A stretch of 64,000 bases of DNA, from positions 13,335-77,334 of the forward strand of contig JAUNBC010000007.1 in the NCBI GenBank assembly GCA_030527285.1, in the 5' to 3' direction. Positions 54,646-64,000 of this stretch are shown piece by piece (positions within the stretch are counted from its first letter, which is position 1; every line of letters begins with the position of its first letter). The notes under the pieces were generated by a model. It was given only the letters and a program-made list of their open reading frames with translations, was not told the origin of the DNA and did no database searches. This DNA comes from Bacillota bacterium. GTDB taxonomy: Bacteria > Bacillota > Dehalobacteriia > UBA4068. The position numbers and the translations under genes are program-made.

Positions 54646-56562
54646 ATGGCTTATCAATATCTGGAGAATATCACGCTGGAGCAGGCGGTAGACGACTTTT
54701 GCAGCGCCGCCGCCGCCGCGCATGGCAGGCTGACCGGCGAATTGATCGCTGTTGACGAGCGGGCGCTGGGCCGCGTCAACTGCAAAATACTCACCGCCGC
54801 CGCCAATGCGCCTCATTATAATGCCTGCGCCATGGACGGCGTCGCCCTCAACGCCGCGCTCACCGCCGGCGTTACCGATACCACGCCGCTGACCCTGCAT
54901 AGCGGCCAGTATGTATGGGTCGATACCGGCGACGCGCTGCCCGAGGGCTGCGACGCGGTGGTGATGGTCGAGGACGTGGTCGAGGGGGAGGCCGAGGGCG
55001 AGCTGACCTTGTATGCCGCCGCCGCGCCGTGGCAGCATGTGCGGCAGATCGGCGAGGACGTTTGCGTCGGCGAGATGATATTGCCCGCCAACAGCGTCAT
55101 CACTCCCGCCGCCATCGGCGCGCTGCTCGCTACCGGCATACAGCAGATCGAGGTATATAAGCGGCCGCTGGTCGGCGTCATCCCCACCGGCGATGAGATC
55201 GTCAGCCCGCGTCCCGCGCCGGCAGCCGGCGAGATCATCAATTTCAATACGCCGACCTTTGCCGCGATGATCAAACAATGGGGCGGCGAGCCGCGGCCCT
55301 ACGACATCGTGCGCGATGATCTGACGGCGATCAAACAGGCGCTGCTCGACGCCTGCAGCGAATGCGACGTGGTGCTGATCAACGCCGGCTCCTCCGCCGG
55401 ACGCGAGGACTATTCCGCCGCCGCCATCGCCGAGCTGGGCACGGTGCTGCATCACGGTATCGCGATCCGCCCCGGCAAGCCGACGATCCTGGGGCTGATC
55501 GGCAATACGCCGGTGCTGGGCGTGCCCGGCTATCCGGTATCAGGCATCATCGTCCTGCGCGAGCTGCTGCGTCCGCTGTTGGCGGCGCTGTGCGGCATGG
55601 CGCCCTCGACCGACGAGCAGGCCGACGCGGTGCTGTCGCGCGCCATCGTCTCCGGGCTGAAGTACCGCGAATTCGTGCGCATCAAGCTGGGGCGCGTCGG
55701 CGACCGGCTGATCGCCACCCCGCTCGATCGCGGCGCGGGCGTGATCACCAGCTTCCTCAAGGCCGACGCGCTGCTCGATCTGCCGCAAAACTGCGAGGGC
55801 TATGAAGCCGGACAGACGGTGCGCGTGGAGCTGCTGCGCCCACGCGGTCAGATCGAGAACACGCTGACCATCATCGGCAGCCACGACCCGCTGATCGACA
55901 ATATCGCCGATATCATGCACCGCCGCTATCCGCGCTCCTATATCGCCTCGGCGCATGTCGGCTCGATGGGCGGCATCAGCGCGATCAAGCGCTGCGAGGC
56001 GCATCTGGCGGGCATTCATCTGCTCGATGAGCAGGACGGCAGCTACAACTTCTCCTATTTGCGCCAGCATTTCCCCGACGGCGGCGTGGCGCTGATACGC
56101 GGCTTCAAACGCATACAAGGGCTGATGGTGGCCAAGGGCAATCCGCTGGGGCTCGGCGGTATCGGCGACTTGCAGCGCGAGGGTCTGCGTTACGTCAACC
56201 GCCAGCGCGGCGCGGGTACGCGCATCCTGCTCGATTATCTGCTCAAACAGCGCGGTATGTCTTCGACCGCCGTTTACGGCTACAACCGCGAGGAGCCGAC
56301 GCATATCGCCGTAGCTACGCAGATCGCCAGCGGCAGCGCCGATTGCGGCCTCGGCATCTACGCGGCGGCGCAAGCCTGCGGGCTGGACTTTCTGCCCATT
56401 TGCGATGAGGAATATGACTTTCTGATCGACGCGCGCTTCCTTGAGCTGGATCTGGTGCGGCAATTTCTGGCGGTGCTGACCGGCGAGGAATTCGCCGCGC
56501 AAGCTGCCGCCGCGGGAGGCTATGATTTAGACGGAGCAGGGCGAATTATCAGCGAGTTCTAA
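54646..56562 (+). CDS. MoeA-like protein fused to a C-terminal periplasmic-binding-protein-like domain
   Basis: The first ~400 aa are MoeA-like (CAMDGVAL, PTGDEIV). The last ~230 aa (LTIIGSHDPLID..GYNREEPTHIAVA) resemble a type-2 PBP/molybdate-binding fold. Confidence 0.75.
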   Translation: MAYQYLENITLEQAVDDFCSAAAAAHGRLTGELIAVDERALGRVNCKILTAAANAPHYNACAMDGVALNAALTAGVTDTTPLTLHSGQYVWVDTGDALPEGCDAVVMVEDVVEGEAEGELTLYAAAAPWQHVRQIGEDVCVGEMILPANSVITPAAIGALLATGIQQIEVYKRPLVGVIPTGDEIVSPRPAPAAGEIINFNTPTFAAMIKQWGGEPRPYDIVRDDLTAIKQALLDACSECDVVLINAGSSAGREDYSAAAIAELGTVLHHGIAIRPGKPTILGLIGNTPVLGVPGYPVSGIIVLRELLRPLLAALCGMAPSTDEQADAVLSRAIVSGLKYREFVRIKLGRVGDRLIATPLDRGAGVITSFLKADALLDLPQNCEGYEAGQTVRVELLRPRGQIENTLTIIGSHDPLIDNIADIMHRRYPRSYIASAHVGSMGGISAIKRCEAHLAGIHLLDEQDGSYNFSYLRQHFPDGGVALIRGFKRIQGLMVAKGNPLGLGGIGDLQREGLRYVNRQRGAGTRILLDYLLKQRGMSSTAVYGYNREEPTHIAVATQIASGSADCGLGIYAAAQACGLDFLPICDEEYDFLIDARFLELDLVRQFLAVLTGEEFAAQAAAAGGYDLDGAGRIISEF

Positions 56563-56822
56563 TTGAGACGGCTATAACTGCGCCATAGCCGCACCCCGCC
56601 CGTCGGCAACTTTGCTGTGCGCCGTGCGGGGATAGCTTGACGCGGGAGCGGGTAACAGAATAAGCTCAGGCATATTACCCAAACAAGAAACGGGTCGGCG
56701 CTGTGATGAACAGCAGCGGCCCGTTTTTGCCGTCAATATAATGCTACTGCATTATTATGGAATTCGCCGCCCTCAGCGCGAGGCCGCAACACGGCATGGC
56801 ACAGCTCCAAGACGGCTTATCG

Positions 56823-59800
56823 CTACGCTTCTATGCGAATACTGCTCCCGGCGCTCCCCTTGCTGACGATCAGCTTGCGTTCGATGCGCTGCCGCAGCGT
56901 ATCAACATGGGAGATAATGCCGACCAAACGCTGCGCCGTCCGCAGCTGATCCAAGGCGTCGATGGCCTTATCCAGCGATTCGCCGGACAAACTGCCGAAG
57001 CCCTCGTCGATAAACATCGCGTCCAGCTGCACGCCGCCCGCGTGCTGCTGTATCACGTCCGAAAGGCCGAGCGCCAAGGCCAGCGAAGCCTTGAACGATT
57101 CGCCGCCGGACAGGGTGCGCACGTCGCGCCGTTTGCCGGTATGATAATCGTGCACGTCCAGATCCAGCCCCATCTGCGCGCGACCCGCGCCCTCCTCGCG
57201 GCGCAGCAGCTGATACTGGCCGTCGGTCATGGCGCGCAGACGCTTATTAGCCTCGTTGATTATCTGATCAAAATAAGCGGCCTGTATATATCGCTCAAAG
57301 GACAGCTTGCGCCTGGCGTTCAAATTGCCGTTGGCCGTGCGCGCCAGATCGTCATAGCGCAGATACACCGCTGTTTTTTTCTCCAACTGCCGCTGCTCGG
57401 CTGCGATACGGCTGCCGATATCGCGATTAGCGCTCAAGCGGCTGTGCAGCTGCTTATCGCTTTGCTCCAACTGCCGCCGCCGCTCCTGCAACTGCTGCTT
57501 CTGCTGCTGTAATTGCTGCGTATCGCCGCGCGTCTTGCCCGCGACGTTAGCCCGATGGCTGTCGGCGGCGGCCTGCGCCGCCGTCAGCTGCTGCCGCTGC
57601 TCGTCCAGCTGCGCGCGCAGCTGCTCGATGGCCTCCGCCTCCATATACGCCTGCTGATAAGCGCCCGGCGCGGCTAAGCCCGCCGCCTCGGCCTGCAGCC
57701 GGTACTCGTCCATAGCCTCGGCCTGCTGCTGTATCGTTTGCTGCAATTGCCGCTGCCTTTCGCCAAGCAGCGCCCGCTGTTCCTGCAATTCCCCCTGCTT
57801 GGCGGCGATATCGTCATTGATGCGCGCGCTCTCGCGTTCATGCTGCTCGCTCTGCGTTTGCAAGCGCAGTATCTCCGCCTCAGCTTCCTCGCGGCTATCG
57901 TAAGGCAAAGCCTGCCGCATCGTGCTTAGACGCACGGAAACGCTCTCAGCCGCCAACGCTTGCTGCTCGCGCTGCTGCCGCGCCTGCTGTAATTGCTGCT
58001 CGCATAAACGCTGCTGCTCGCTCAACTGCACCGTCAGCTGCTGCTGCTCCGTATCGTCAAGCTTATCCGGCAATTCGTCTTGCCCGGCGCGCAAACGGCT
58101 GCACGCCTCCTCCGCCGCTGCGATCAGTTGCGGCAGCTCCTGCTGCCGCGCCGCGCCGTCCAGCCCGCTTGCGTCGAGCGCAAGCTGCAATGCTTGCAGC
58201 TCGGCTTCGGCGGCGGCGGCGTTATTGCTGCTCAGCTCGGCGGTCTGCCGCGCCTGCTCGGCCTGCTCGCGCGCCGTATCGACCTCGGCCTGACTATAGC
58301 GCTCGCCGCTGCGCTCGGCCGGTTGCGGGTGCTCGAGCGCGCCGCATACCGGACAAGGCGCGCCGTCGCGCAAGCCCTCGGCCAGCACGCCGGCCTGATC
58401 GCGCAGGAAGGCCGACAGCATTTGCGCATATTGCTCATTCAGGCGGCTGAAGGCGGCGATATCCTGCTCCGCCGTCTGCCGCGCCTGCTCGTATAGCTGC
58501 TGCTGCCGCCGGTATTTGTTCAGCGTCTGCTGCTGCGCGCGCAGGGCTTCGGCCATGCTCTCGGCCTGCTGTAATTCGCTCTTGATCCGCTCATATTGCA
58601 GCTTATCCGCCGCGATCTGCATGATCTCGTCGTTTGCCGCCTGTAATTGCTGCGCCAAGGTTTCCCGCTGTTGCTCCAGCTCGCTCAGCTCCCGCTCGGC
58701 GGCGCTCAATCGCCGCTGCGCGGCCTGCTGCTCGTCGAGCAGCGGCTGCAATCCGTCATAGCTTGGCAAATGGCTGTTTAAGGCCGCCAGCCGCGCCGCC
58801 CACTCTTTGAGCAGCGGCTGCTGCTCGCGGCAGCGCTTTTGCTCGTCAAGCAGCGCATTGAGCGCGTCCGACAGCTCGGCCAGCTGCCGCTGCCCCTGCT
58901 CGATCTCGCTCTCGCTCTCCTGCTGCCGCCGCCGCAATTCCCCGATCTTCTCCCGCGCCGGACGCAACTGCGCCGCCTGCATCGCCGCCTGCAAACGCCG
59001 TTCCGCGGCTGCTTGCTGCGGCTGCCGCGCCTGCAATTGCCGCAACTGCAGCTCCGCCTGCTCCAACTGCGCGAATTGGCCGTTGATCTCGTCGATCGTG
59101 GCGATACGCCCCTCCAGCGCAGCTGATTGCTGATCCAGCGCCGCCATTTGCTGCGTCAGCTGCCGCTGCTGCTGTTCGTCGCTGACGCTCAGCCGTTGCA
59201 GCAGCTCGATCAGCCGCGCGCTGTGATCGGCGTGCGCGGCTTTTTGCACCTCGGCCAACAGCTGCTGTCCCGGCTGATCGTCAGCCGGACAGGCGATACC
59301 CGCCGCGTACTGGCGGATAGCCGCATAATGGCCGTCCAATTCATCGAGCAAGGCCTTGGCTTGCGCCGACAATTCTTCCTCCAGGCGGCGGTAAAGCTCG
59401 GTGTCGAAGATGCGACGAAAGATAGCGCTGCGCTCGTCTGTCTTGGCCTGTATCAGTTTGAGAAAATCGCCCTGCGCGATCATCGCGATCTGCGTATATT
59501 GCTCGTAATTGACGCCCATCAGCTGCTCGATACGCTCGTTCACCGCCGTCAGCGAGGCGATCACCGCGCCGTCGGGCAGCTTGAGCCAGGCATTGGCCAG
59601 CGTCTGCGCCATGCCCTCGCCGCGCAGCTTGCGCCGCATATAGCTGGGGTTGCGGTGCACGGTATAGCTCTGCCCCTGATAGCTGAATTCCAGCTCGACA
59701 AAGGTCTCGGTGGCCGCATCGGCATAATCGCTGCGCAGCATTTGCGGCTTGCGCACGCTGCCGCTCGATTCGCCGTACAGGGCGAAGGTGATAGCGTCGA

Positions 59801-59933
59801 AGATCGTAGTCTTGCCCGCGCCGGTAGCGCCGGTGATGAGGAACAGGCCGCTATCGCCGAACAAGCTAAAATCGACCTCGGTTCGCTCGGAAAAGGGGCC
59901 GAAGGCGCTCATCGTCAGTTTAAGCGGCCGCAT
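56823..59933 (-). CDS. sbcC: SbcC-family ATPase (nuclease SbcCD subunit C)
   Basis: Walker A GATGAGKTT, long Gln/Leu/Ala coiled coil, zinc hook CPVCG, and C-terminal LSGGE and IDEGFGSL. Confidence 0.9.
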   Translation of the reverse strand: MRPLKLTMSAFGPFSERTEVDFSLFGDSGLFLITGATGAGKTTIFDAITFALYGESSGSVRKPQMLRSDYADAATETFVELEFSYQGQSYTVHRNPSYMRRKLRGEGMAQTLANAWLKLPDGAVIASLTAVNERIEQLMGVNYEQYTQIAMIAQGDFLKLIQAKTDERSAIFRRIFDTELYRRLEEELSAQAKALLDELDGHYAAIRQYAAGIACPADDQPGQQLLAEVQKAAHADHSARLIELLQRLSVSDEQQQRQLTQQMAALDQQSAALEGRIATIDEINGQFAQLEQAELQLRQLQARQPQQAAAERRLQAAMQAAQLRPAREKIGELRRRQQESESEIEQGQRQLAELSDALNALLDEQKRCREQQPLLKEWAARLAALNSHLPSYDGLQPLLDEQQAAQRRLSAAERELSELEQQRETLAQQLQAANDEIMQIAADKLQYERIKSELQQAESMAEALRAQQQTLNKYRRQQQLYEQARQTAEQDIAAFSRLNEQYAQMLSAFLRDQAGVLAEGLRDGAPCPVCGALEHPQPAERSGERYSQAEVDTAREQAEQARQTAELSSNNAAAAEAELQALQLALDASGLDGAARQQELPQLIAAAEEACSRLRAGQDELPDKLDDTEQQQLTVQLSEQQRLCEQQLQQARQQREQQALAAESVSVRLSTMRQALPYDSREEAEAEILRLQTQSEQHERESARINDDIAAKQGELQEQRALLGERQRQLQQTIQQQAEAMDEYRLQAEAAGLAAPGAYQQAYMEAEAIEQLRAQLDEQRQQLTAAQAAADSHRANVAGKTRGDTQQLQQQKQQLQERRRQLEQSDKQLHSRLSANRDIGSRIAAEQRQLEKKTAVYLRYDDLARTANGNLNARRKLSFERYIQAAYFDQIINEANKRLRAMTDGQYQLLRREEGAGRAQMGLDLDVHDYHTGKRRDVRTLSGGESFKASLALALGLSDVIQQHAGGVQLDAMFIDEGFGSLSGESLDKAIDALDQLRTAQRLVGIISHVDTLRQRIERKLIVSKGSAGSSIRIEA

Positions 59934-61078
59934 CAGCGCTCACCCCGCAATCTTTGCAGCAATTCGCTGACGATGATCTCTTTTTCCGGCTCGAGGTCGA
60001 TGTTCTGCTGTAATTTATAAAAGTCGCGGAACAGCTGCTCGGCGCTTTTCTCCGTGACCGCGTCGGCGGCGGTGCTGCTCTTGATCTCCGCATAGCGGGA
60101 ATTATCATAATCCAGGCGCATGATGTTCGGATAAACGGCGCGCAGCACGCCCAGCGGGTCGAGCAGATCGGCTTCGTCGGTCAGCGTAACATGCAGATAA
60201 TCGGCGGTATCGGCCTGCTGATAGACCTCGGGCTGCGTCAGCTGCTCCAGGCTGCCGCGTATCTCGCGCAAATCGCGGCGCGGCGTAAGCGGCAGCAGCT
60301 CGATGCGCGGCTCGGCGCCATAATGCAGCTCCACCTCGGTCAGCGACTTTTGCTGCGTCGCCTCGGAAAACGAATACTTGAGCGGCGAACCGGCATAGCG
60401 GATATGCGGCGCGCCGATAGATTGCGCGCGATGCAAATGCCCGAGCGCCACGTAATCATAGCCGCAAAACGCGCCGGCGTCGATATTATCCAGCCCGCCG
60501 ACGCTGATCTGCTCCGAGTCCGAGCGCTCGGGCTGCAGGCCGGCGGCGGTAACGAATTGATGCGCGACCAGCACGTTCAACCGCCCGCTTACGGGCGGCG
60601 TGGCTTGCAGCACCGTGCGCAGCGCCTCGTCATAGCTGTCGATGCGCTGCTCGGGATAATAGCGCCGCACCTGCGCGGGGCGGACGAACGGCAACAGCCA
60701 GAACAGCGTCTCGCCCTCGCCGTCGGCGATGGCTACCCGCTCCGCCGTACCGCTGAACACGCCGGCAATATGCACGTTTTGCGCGGCCATGATGCGGCTG
60801 CCGCAGCCCAGACGCTCCGGCGAATCATGGTTGCCGCTGATCAGCAGCAGCGGCTGGTCGAGGCGCGCCAGCTCGGTTATGAACTGGTCGTAAAGGCTGT
60901 AAGCCTCGGCAGCAGGCGCAGCCTTGTCATAAACGTCGCCCGCGATCACTATCGCCTGCGGACGGCGCTCTGCCGCCAGCTCGATGATCTGCCGCAATAT
61001 ATGCTGCTGATCGTCCAGCAGCTCAAACTCATTGAGCCGCTTGCCGATATGCAGATCGGCTAAATGGAAAAAGCGCAT
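59933..61078 (-). CDS. sbcD: Nuclease SbcCD subunit D (Mre11-type phosphoesterase)
   Basis: MRFFHLADLHIGK, AGDVYD, GNHD and GHLH motifs. Confidence 0.9.
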   Translation of the reverse strand: MRFFHLADLHIGKRLNEFELLDDQQHILRQIIELAAERRPQAIVIAGDVYDKAAPAAEAYSLYDQFITELARLDQPLLLISGNHDSPERLGCGSRIMAAQNVHIAGVFSGTAERVAIADGEGETLFWLLPFVRPAQVRRYYPEQRIDSYDEALRTVLQATPPVSGRLNVLVAHQFVTAAGLQPERSDSEQISVGGLDNIDAGAFCGYDYVALGHLHRAQSIGAPHIRYAGSPLKYSFSEATQQKSLTEVELHYGAEPRIELLPLTPRRDLREIRGSLEQLTQPEVYQQADTADYLHVTLTDEADLLDPLGVLRAVYPNIMRLDYDNSRYAEIKSSTAADAVTEKSAEQLFRDFYKLQQNIDLEPEKEIIVSELLQRLRGER

Positions 61079-61130
61079 ATCCTGCCCTCGCCGCTTGCCC
61101 GCATGAAACCGCCGTGCTCAAACACGCCGC

Positions 61131-62324
61131 CTACTCGTCGGCATAATTATCGAAATAGCCCTGGATCAGGATCATCGGCGTACCTTTATCGCCGCTGCCG
61201 GAGATCAGATCGGACAGCGAACCGAGCAGGTCGGTGAGGCGGCGCGGCGTAGTGCCCTGCGTCTCCATCTTGCCCGTCAGGTCGGCGTCCTTATGCTCGA
61301 TCTCGCGCTTGATCGCCTGGCGTAATTCCTCGCCCCGTAAACCGGCGAATTTATTATCGGCCAGGTATTTGAGCTTCAGCTCATTGGGCTGCCCCTCCAG
61401 CCCCGGGGTATAGCCGGGCGATACCACCGGATCGGCCAGCTCCCAGATCTTGCCCACCGGGTCCTTGAACGCGCCGTCGCCGTATACCATCACTTGCAGC
61501 GTCACGCCGCTTTTCTCATAGATGAGTTTTTGCAGCCGTTCGGCAAACTCGGCGCAATCGCGGGGGAACAGCTTGAGCGTCTGCTCATCGGACTTATTGG
61601 AGCCGAGCAGGCCGTAGTCGGCATTATAGCCGCTGCCGCCGCGCGGCGCGCGCATCACGTCGTCCAGCGCGTACACGCTCTTGGCGCCGGCTGCCGCAAG
61701 CAAGCGCTTGGAGCGGGCGCGGCTATGTATATCGGCGCACAGTACATGCGGCGTGAATTGCAGTATCCGCCGCGCGTCGTTGGCAAAGACGATCTCGATC
61801 TCGCAGCCGTTAGCAGCGGCGATCTGCTTATAGTATTCGACGTAGTCGATTGCGGTGAAGGTATGCGTGCGATAGCCGAACAGCTCGCGATAGCGCGCCT
61901 CGCTCAGCACGTCGCGGCAGGGGTCGATACCGGCCGCGTCCACGTCGTCGATGCTGATCAGATGATTACCCACCTCGTCGGCGGGATAGGAGAGCATCAG
62001 CCACACCTTGTTCAGCCCGCGCGTGACGCCGGAAAAGACGATGGCGAAACGATTGCGGCTGAGGATAGGAAAGATCACGCCGGCCTCGCCGCCGGGGAAT
62101 TTGTCGCGGATATCGGCGGCCACGTCGTCGACGCTGACATAATTGCCCTGCGCCCGCGCCACCACCGACTCGGTGATGGTGAAAATATCATTGTCGCGCA
62201 GCGTGATCTGCTCGGCGGTCACCGCCTCGATCAGCGTATCCGCCGCGATGCGCGCCAAATCGTCGCCGCTGCGGATGATCGGCGCGCGCAGGCCGCGCGC
62301 CACCGTACCGAAATATCTGCTCAT
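61131..62324 (-). CDS. CofE-like (F420-0:gamma-glutamyl ligase family) domain protein
   Basis: N-terminus GLRAPIIRSGDDL..DNDIFTITESVVARAQGNYV resembles the CofE fold signature. The assignment is from memory only. Confidence 0.55.
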   Translation of the reverse strand: MSRYFGTVARGLRAPIIRSGDDLARIAADTLIEAVTAEQITLRDNDIFTITESVVARAQGNYVSVDDVAADIRDKFPGGEAGVIFPILSRNRFAIVFSGVTRGLNKVWLMLSYPADEVGNHLISIDDVDAAGIDPCRDVLSEARYRELFGYRTHTFTAIDYVEYYKQIAAANGCEIEIVFANDARRILQFTPHVLCADIHSRARSKRLLAAAGAKSVYALDDVMRAPRGGSGYNADYGLLGSNKSDEQTLKLFPRDCAEFAERLQKLIYEKSGVTLQVMVYGDGAFKDPVGKIWELADPVVSPGYTPGLEGQPNELKLKYLADNKFAGLRGEELRQAIKREIEHKDADLTGKMETQGTTPRRLTDLLGSLSDLISGSGDKGTPMILIQGYFDNYADE

Positions 62325-62357
62325 AATACCCTCCGTAATAAATATTCGCGAGCCGCC

Positions 62358-63491
62358 TTACAGCAAGCCCTGCTCCTGCAAGTAGGCAATAGCCGCGCCG
62401 AGATGCGGATTGCGTTCAGCGTCGGTGGAATAATAATCGTCGGAGCTGATATCCTCCGTCGTTTCGACAACGATATCCGGCTCGAGGCCCACCTCATGTA
62501 GCGAGAAACCGGACGGCGTATAGTAGATGCTGCGCGTATAGCGCAGGCCGCCGCCGCTGGACAAGGGGATGATGCTCTGCGCGATGCCCTTACCGAAGCT
62601 GGTAGTGCCGATCAGCAGCGCGCCGCAGCTATCCTTGAGCGCGCCGATCAGCACCTCCGAGGCGGAGGCCGTATATTCGTTTTGCAGCAATATCAGCCGC
62701 AGCGAATTGAGCTGACCGTTATCGCCGACGCTCGCAGTCTCGCCAAAAGCCGTCTTCTCAGTAACGATCACCGAGCCCGCCGGCACGAATAGATTGGCGA
62801 TATTTATCGCCGCCGGCAGCGCGCCGCCGCCATTGGTACGCAGATCAATGATCAGCGTTTCGATCGGCCGCTCGGCGTACAGGCGGTTGAAGGTATCGGC
62901 AAATTCGGCGAAGGTATTCTCGGCGAAGCTTTCTATCTCGATATAGGCCACGCCGTAATACTCGGGCAGATTTTCGCCGGTGATATTTGTCACCTCGATG
63001 ATCTCGCGCGTCATGGTAAAGCTGTGCTGCTCGCCGTCGCGGCTGACGGTCAGCGAGACCGTGCTGCCCTCATCGCCGCGTATCATCTTTGCCGCCTGCT
63101 CGGTATCGTCGCCCGGCACAGGCACGCCATCGACGCTGATGATGATATCGCCGGCGAGCAGGCCGGCGCGCTCCGCCGGCGAATCAGCAAACAGCCCATA
63201 GATGACAACGCCGCCGTTCTCGTTGATCATGCGAATACCGATGCCGCCGAATTCGCCGTAATAATCCTCAAAGATCATCCGATAATCGTCCTCGTCAAAA
63301 TAGGCGGCATAGAGGTCGAAATTCTCCTCCATAAGCGCGGCCAACGCGCCGTCCAGCTCGTCCGCATAAGCGGCGACGCTGGGCGCGGGTCCGCTGTGAA
63401 CCAGCGTCAGGCCGCTGCCGCAAGCAGTCAACGGCAACGCTATGCATATCAATAACAGCAGCAAGGCTCTTTTCACATGATTACCCTCCAA
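62358..63491 (-). CDS. S41 C-terminal processing peptidase with PDZ domain, lipoprotein signal
   Basis: Signal LLLLICIALPLTAC. PDZ (GLLAGDIIISVDG). Peptidase core LRTNGGG..ASASE..GTTSFGKG. Confidence 0.85.
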   Translation of the reverse strand: MEGNHVKRALLLLLICIALPLTACGSGLTLVHSGPAPSVAAYADELDGALAALMEENFDLYAAYFDEDDYRMIFEDYYGEFGGIGIRMINENGGVVIYGLFADSPAERAGLLAGDIIISVDGVPVPGDDTEQAAKMIRGDEGSTVSLTVSRDGEQHSFTMTREIIEVTNITGENLPEYYGVAYIEIESFAENTFAEFADTFNRLYAERPIETLIIDLRTNGGGALPAAINIANLFVPAGSVIVTEKTAFGETASVGDNGQLNSLRLILLQNEYTASASEVLIGALKDSCGALLIGTTSFGKGIAQSIIPLSSGGGLRYTRSIYYTPSGFSLHEVGLEPDIVVETTEDISSDDYYSTDAERNPHLGAAIAYLQEQGLL

Positions 63492-63606
63492 CTATATAAT
63501 TATATTTTACCGCCGCCCAATATGCAAGAAAAAAAAGCCGCCCTATTAGGCGGCGCGCTTTTGGCAGCCTGTTAATGAATGGGATTGCGCTCGATAACCG
63601 CGCAGC

Positions 63607-64000
63607 TTAATAAGAGAGGTAGTTGCCGGGGTCGGTGTGGCTGCCGTTCAATCTCACTTCAAAATGCAAATGATTGCCGGTGGAATTGCCGGTAGTGCCG
63701 ACATAACCGATAATATCTACCGCGCCGATCACATAATCGCCGACGCTGAAGCCGCCGTAGGCCGACATATGCGCGTACAGGGTCACCAGCCCGTCGCCAT
63801 GATCGACCATCACCGTTTGCCCATAGCCGCCCAGCCAGCCGACATAGATGATCTTGCCGTCGCCGGCGGCATAGATGGGCGAGCCGCCGTCCGCGCCGAT
63901 ATCAATGCCGCTATGCGTATGATAAACGCCGGTGATCGGATGATTGCGCCCGCCATAGGGCGAGGTGATATTGAAATAGCCCGGCGTGGGCCAGTACAGA
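63607..64000 (-). CDS. M23-family metallopeptidase, C-terminal part (5' end off-window)
   Basis: My translation of the minus strand gives ..GSPIYAAGDGKIIYVGWLGGYGQTVMVDHGDGLVTLYAHMS..GNSTGNHLHFEV, which carries the M23 HxxxD / HxH motifs. Confidence 0.8.
   Translation of the reverse strand, partial: LYWPTPGYFNITSPYGGRNHPITGVYHTHSGIDIGADGGSPIYAAGDGKIIYVGWLGGYGQTVMVDHGDGLVTLYAHMSAYGGFSVGDYVIGAVDIIGYVGTTGNSTGNHLHFEVRLNGSHTDPGNYLSY

Noticed and set aside
57400-59200. Apparent CAG/CTG-rich DNA repetitiveness
   Set aside because: It reflects the Gln/Leu/Ala/Glu-rich coiled coil of SbcC. There is no fixed-period nucleotide repeat.
56757-62501. Plus-strand ORFs over sbcC, sbcD and the CofE-like gene (56757..57512, 59127..60020, 60191..61063, 61494..62501)
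   Set aside because: They are antisense to confidently identified minus-strand genes and have low-complexity Gln/Leu/Arg-rich products.

Overview
The window reads like a high-GC, Clostridia-type Firmicute chromosome. This placement is inferred from gene content and from sampled 60-nt lines (about 65% GC at 40021). Housekeeping content: valS (partial), hom-thrB-lysC, a metal cluster (CDF exporter, DtxR/MntR-type regulator, feoAB), gatCAB, mutA-mutB-meaB, a glycyl-radical enzyme with its activase, a UPF0182 membrane protein, two moeA-type genes, sbcCD, and S41 and M23 peptidases. There are five tRNA genes: Gly-UCC, Arg-UCU, Pro-GGG, Val-GAC and Ser-CGA. An accessory region of about 21 kb lies between the convergent tRNA-Val (12.3 kb) and tRNA-Ser (33.3 kb). 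It holds (i) a 5.9-kb islet with an Lsa-type ARE ABC-F gene and an iron-siderophore-type ABC importer, (ii) a 14.5-kb AT-rich block (35-40% GC in sampled lines) with an IclR-linked TRAP/cyclic-amidase/carbamoylase/aminotransferase operon ending in a PAL-like NHL propeller, and (iii) a very AT-rich three-gene module plus an XRE/truncated-DUF45 remnant. The most unusual signal is non-coding. A family of 100-108-bp units sits directly 3' of tRNA-Gly, tRNA-Val and, in a different form, tRNA-Ser. Each Gly/Val unit carries a conserved 39-nt bulged hairpin fused to a fresh copy of the last 13-16 nt of the local tRNA, often with its own terminator hairpin. The units are tandem in the Gly-Arg spacer and bracket the resistance islet at tRNA-Val. 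I could recognise no integrase, transposase, CRISPR array or cas gene anywhere in the window. All calls come from reading the sequence and ORF translations by eye; no database search was possible.
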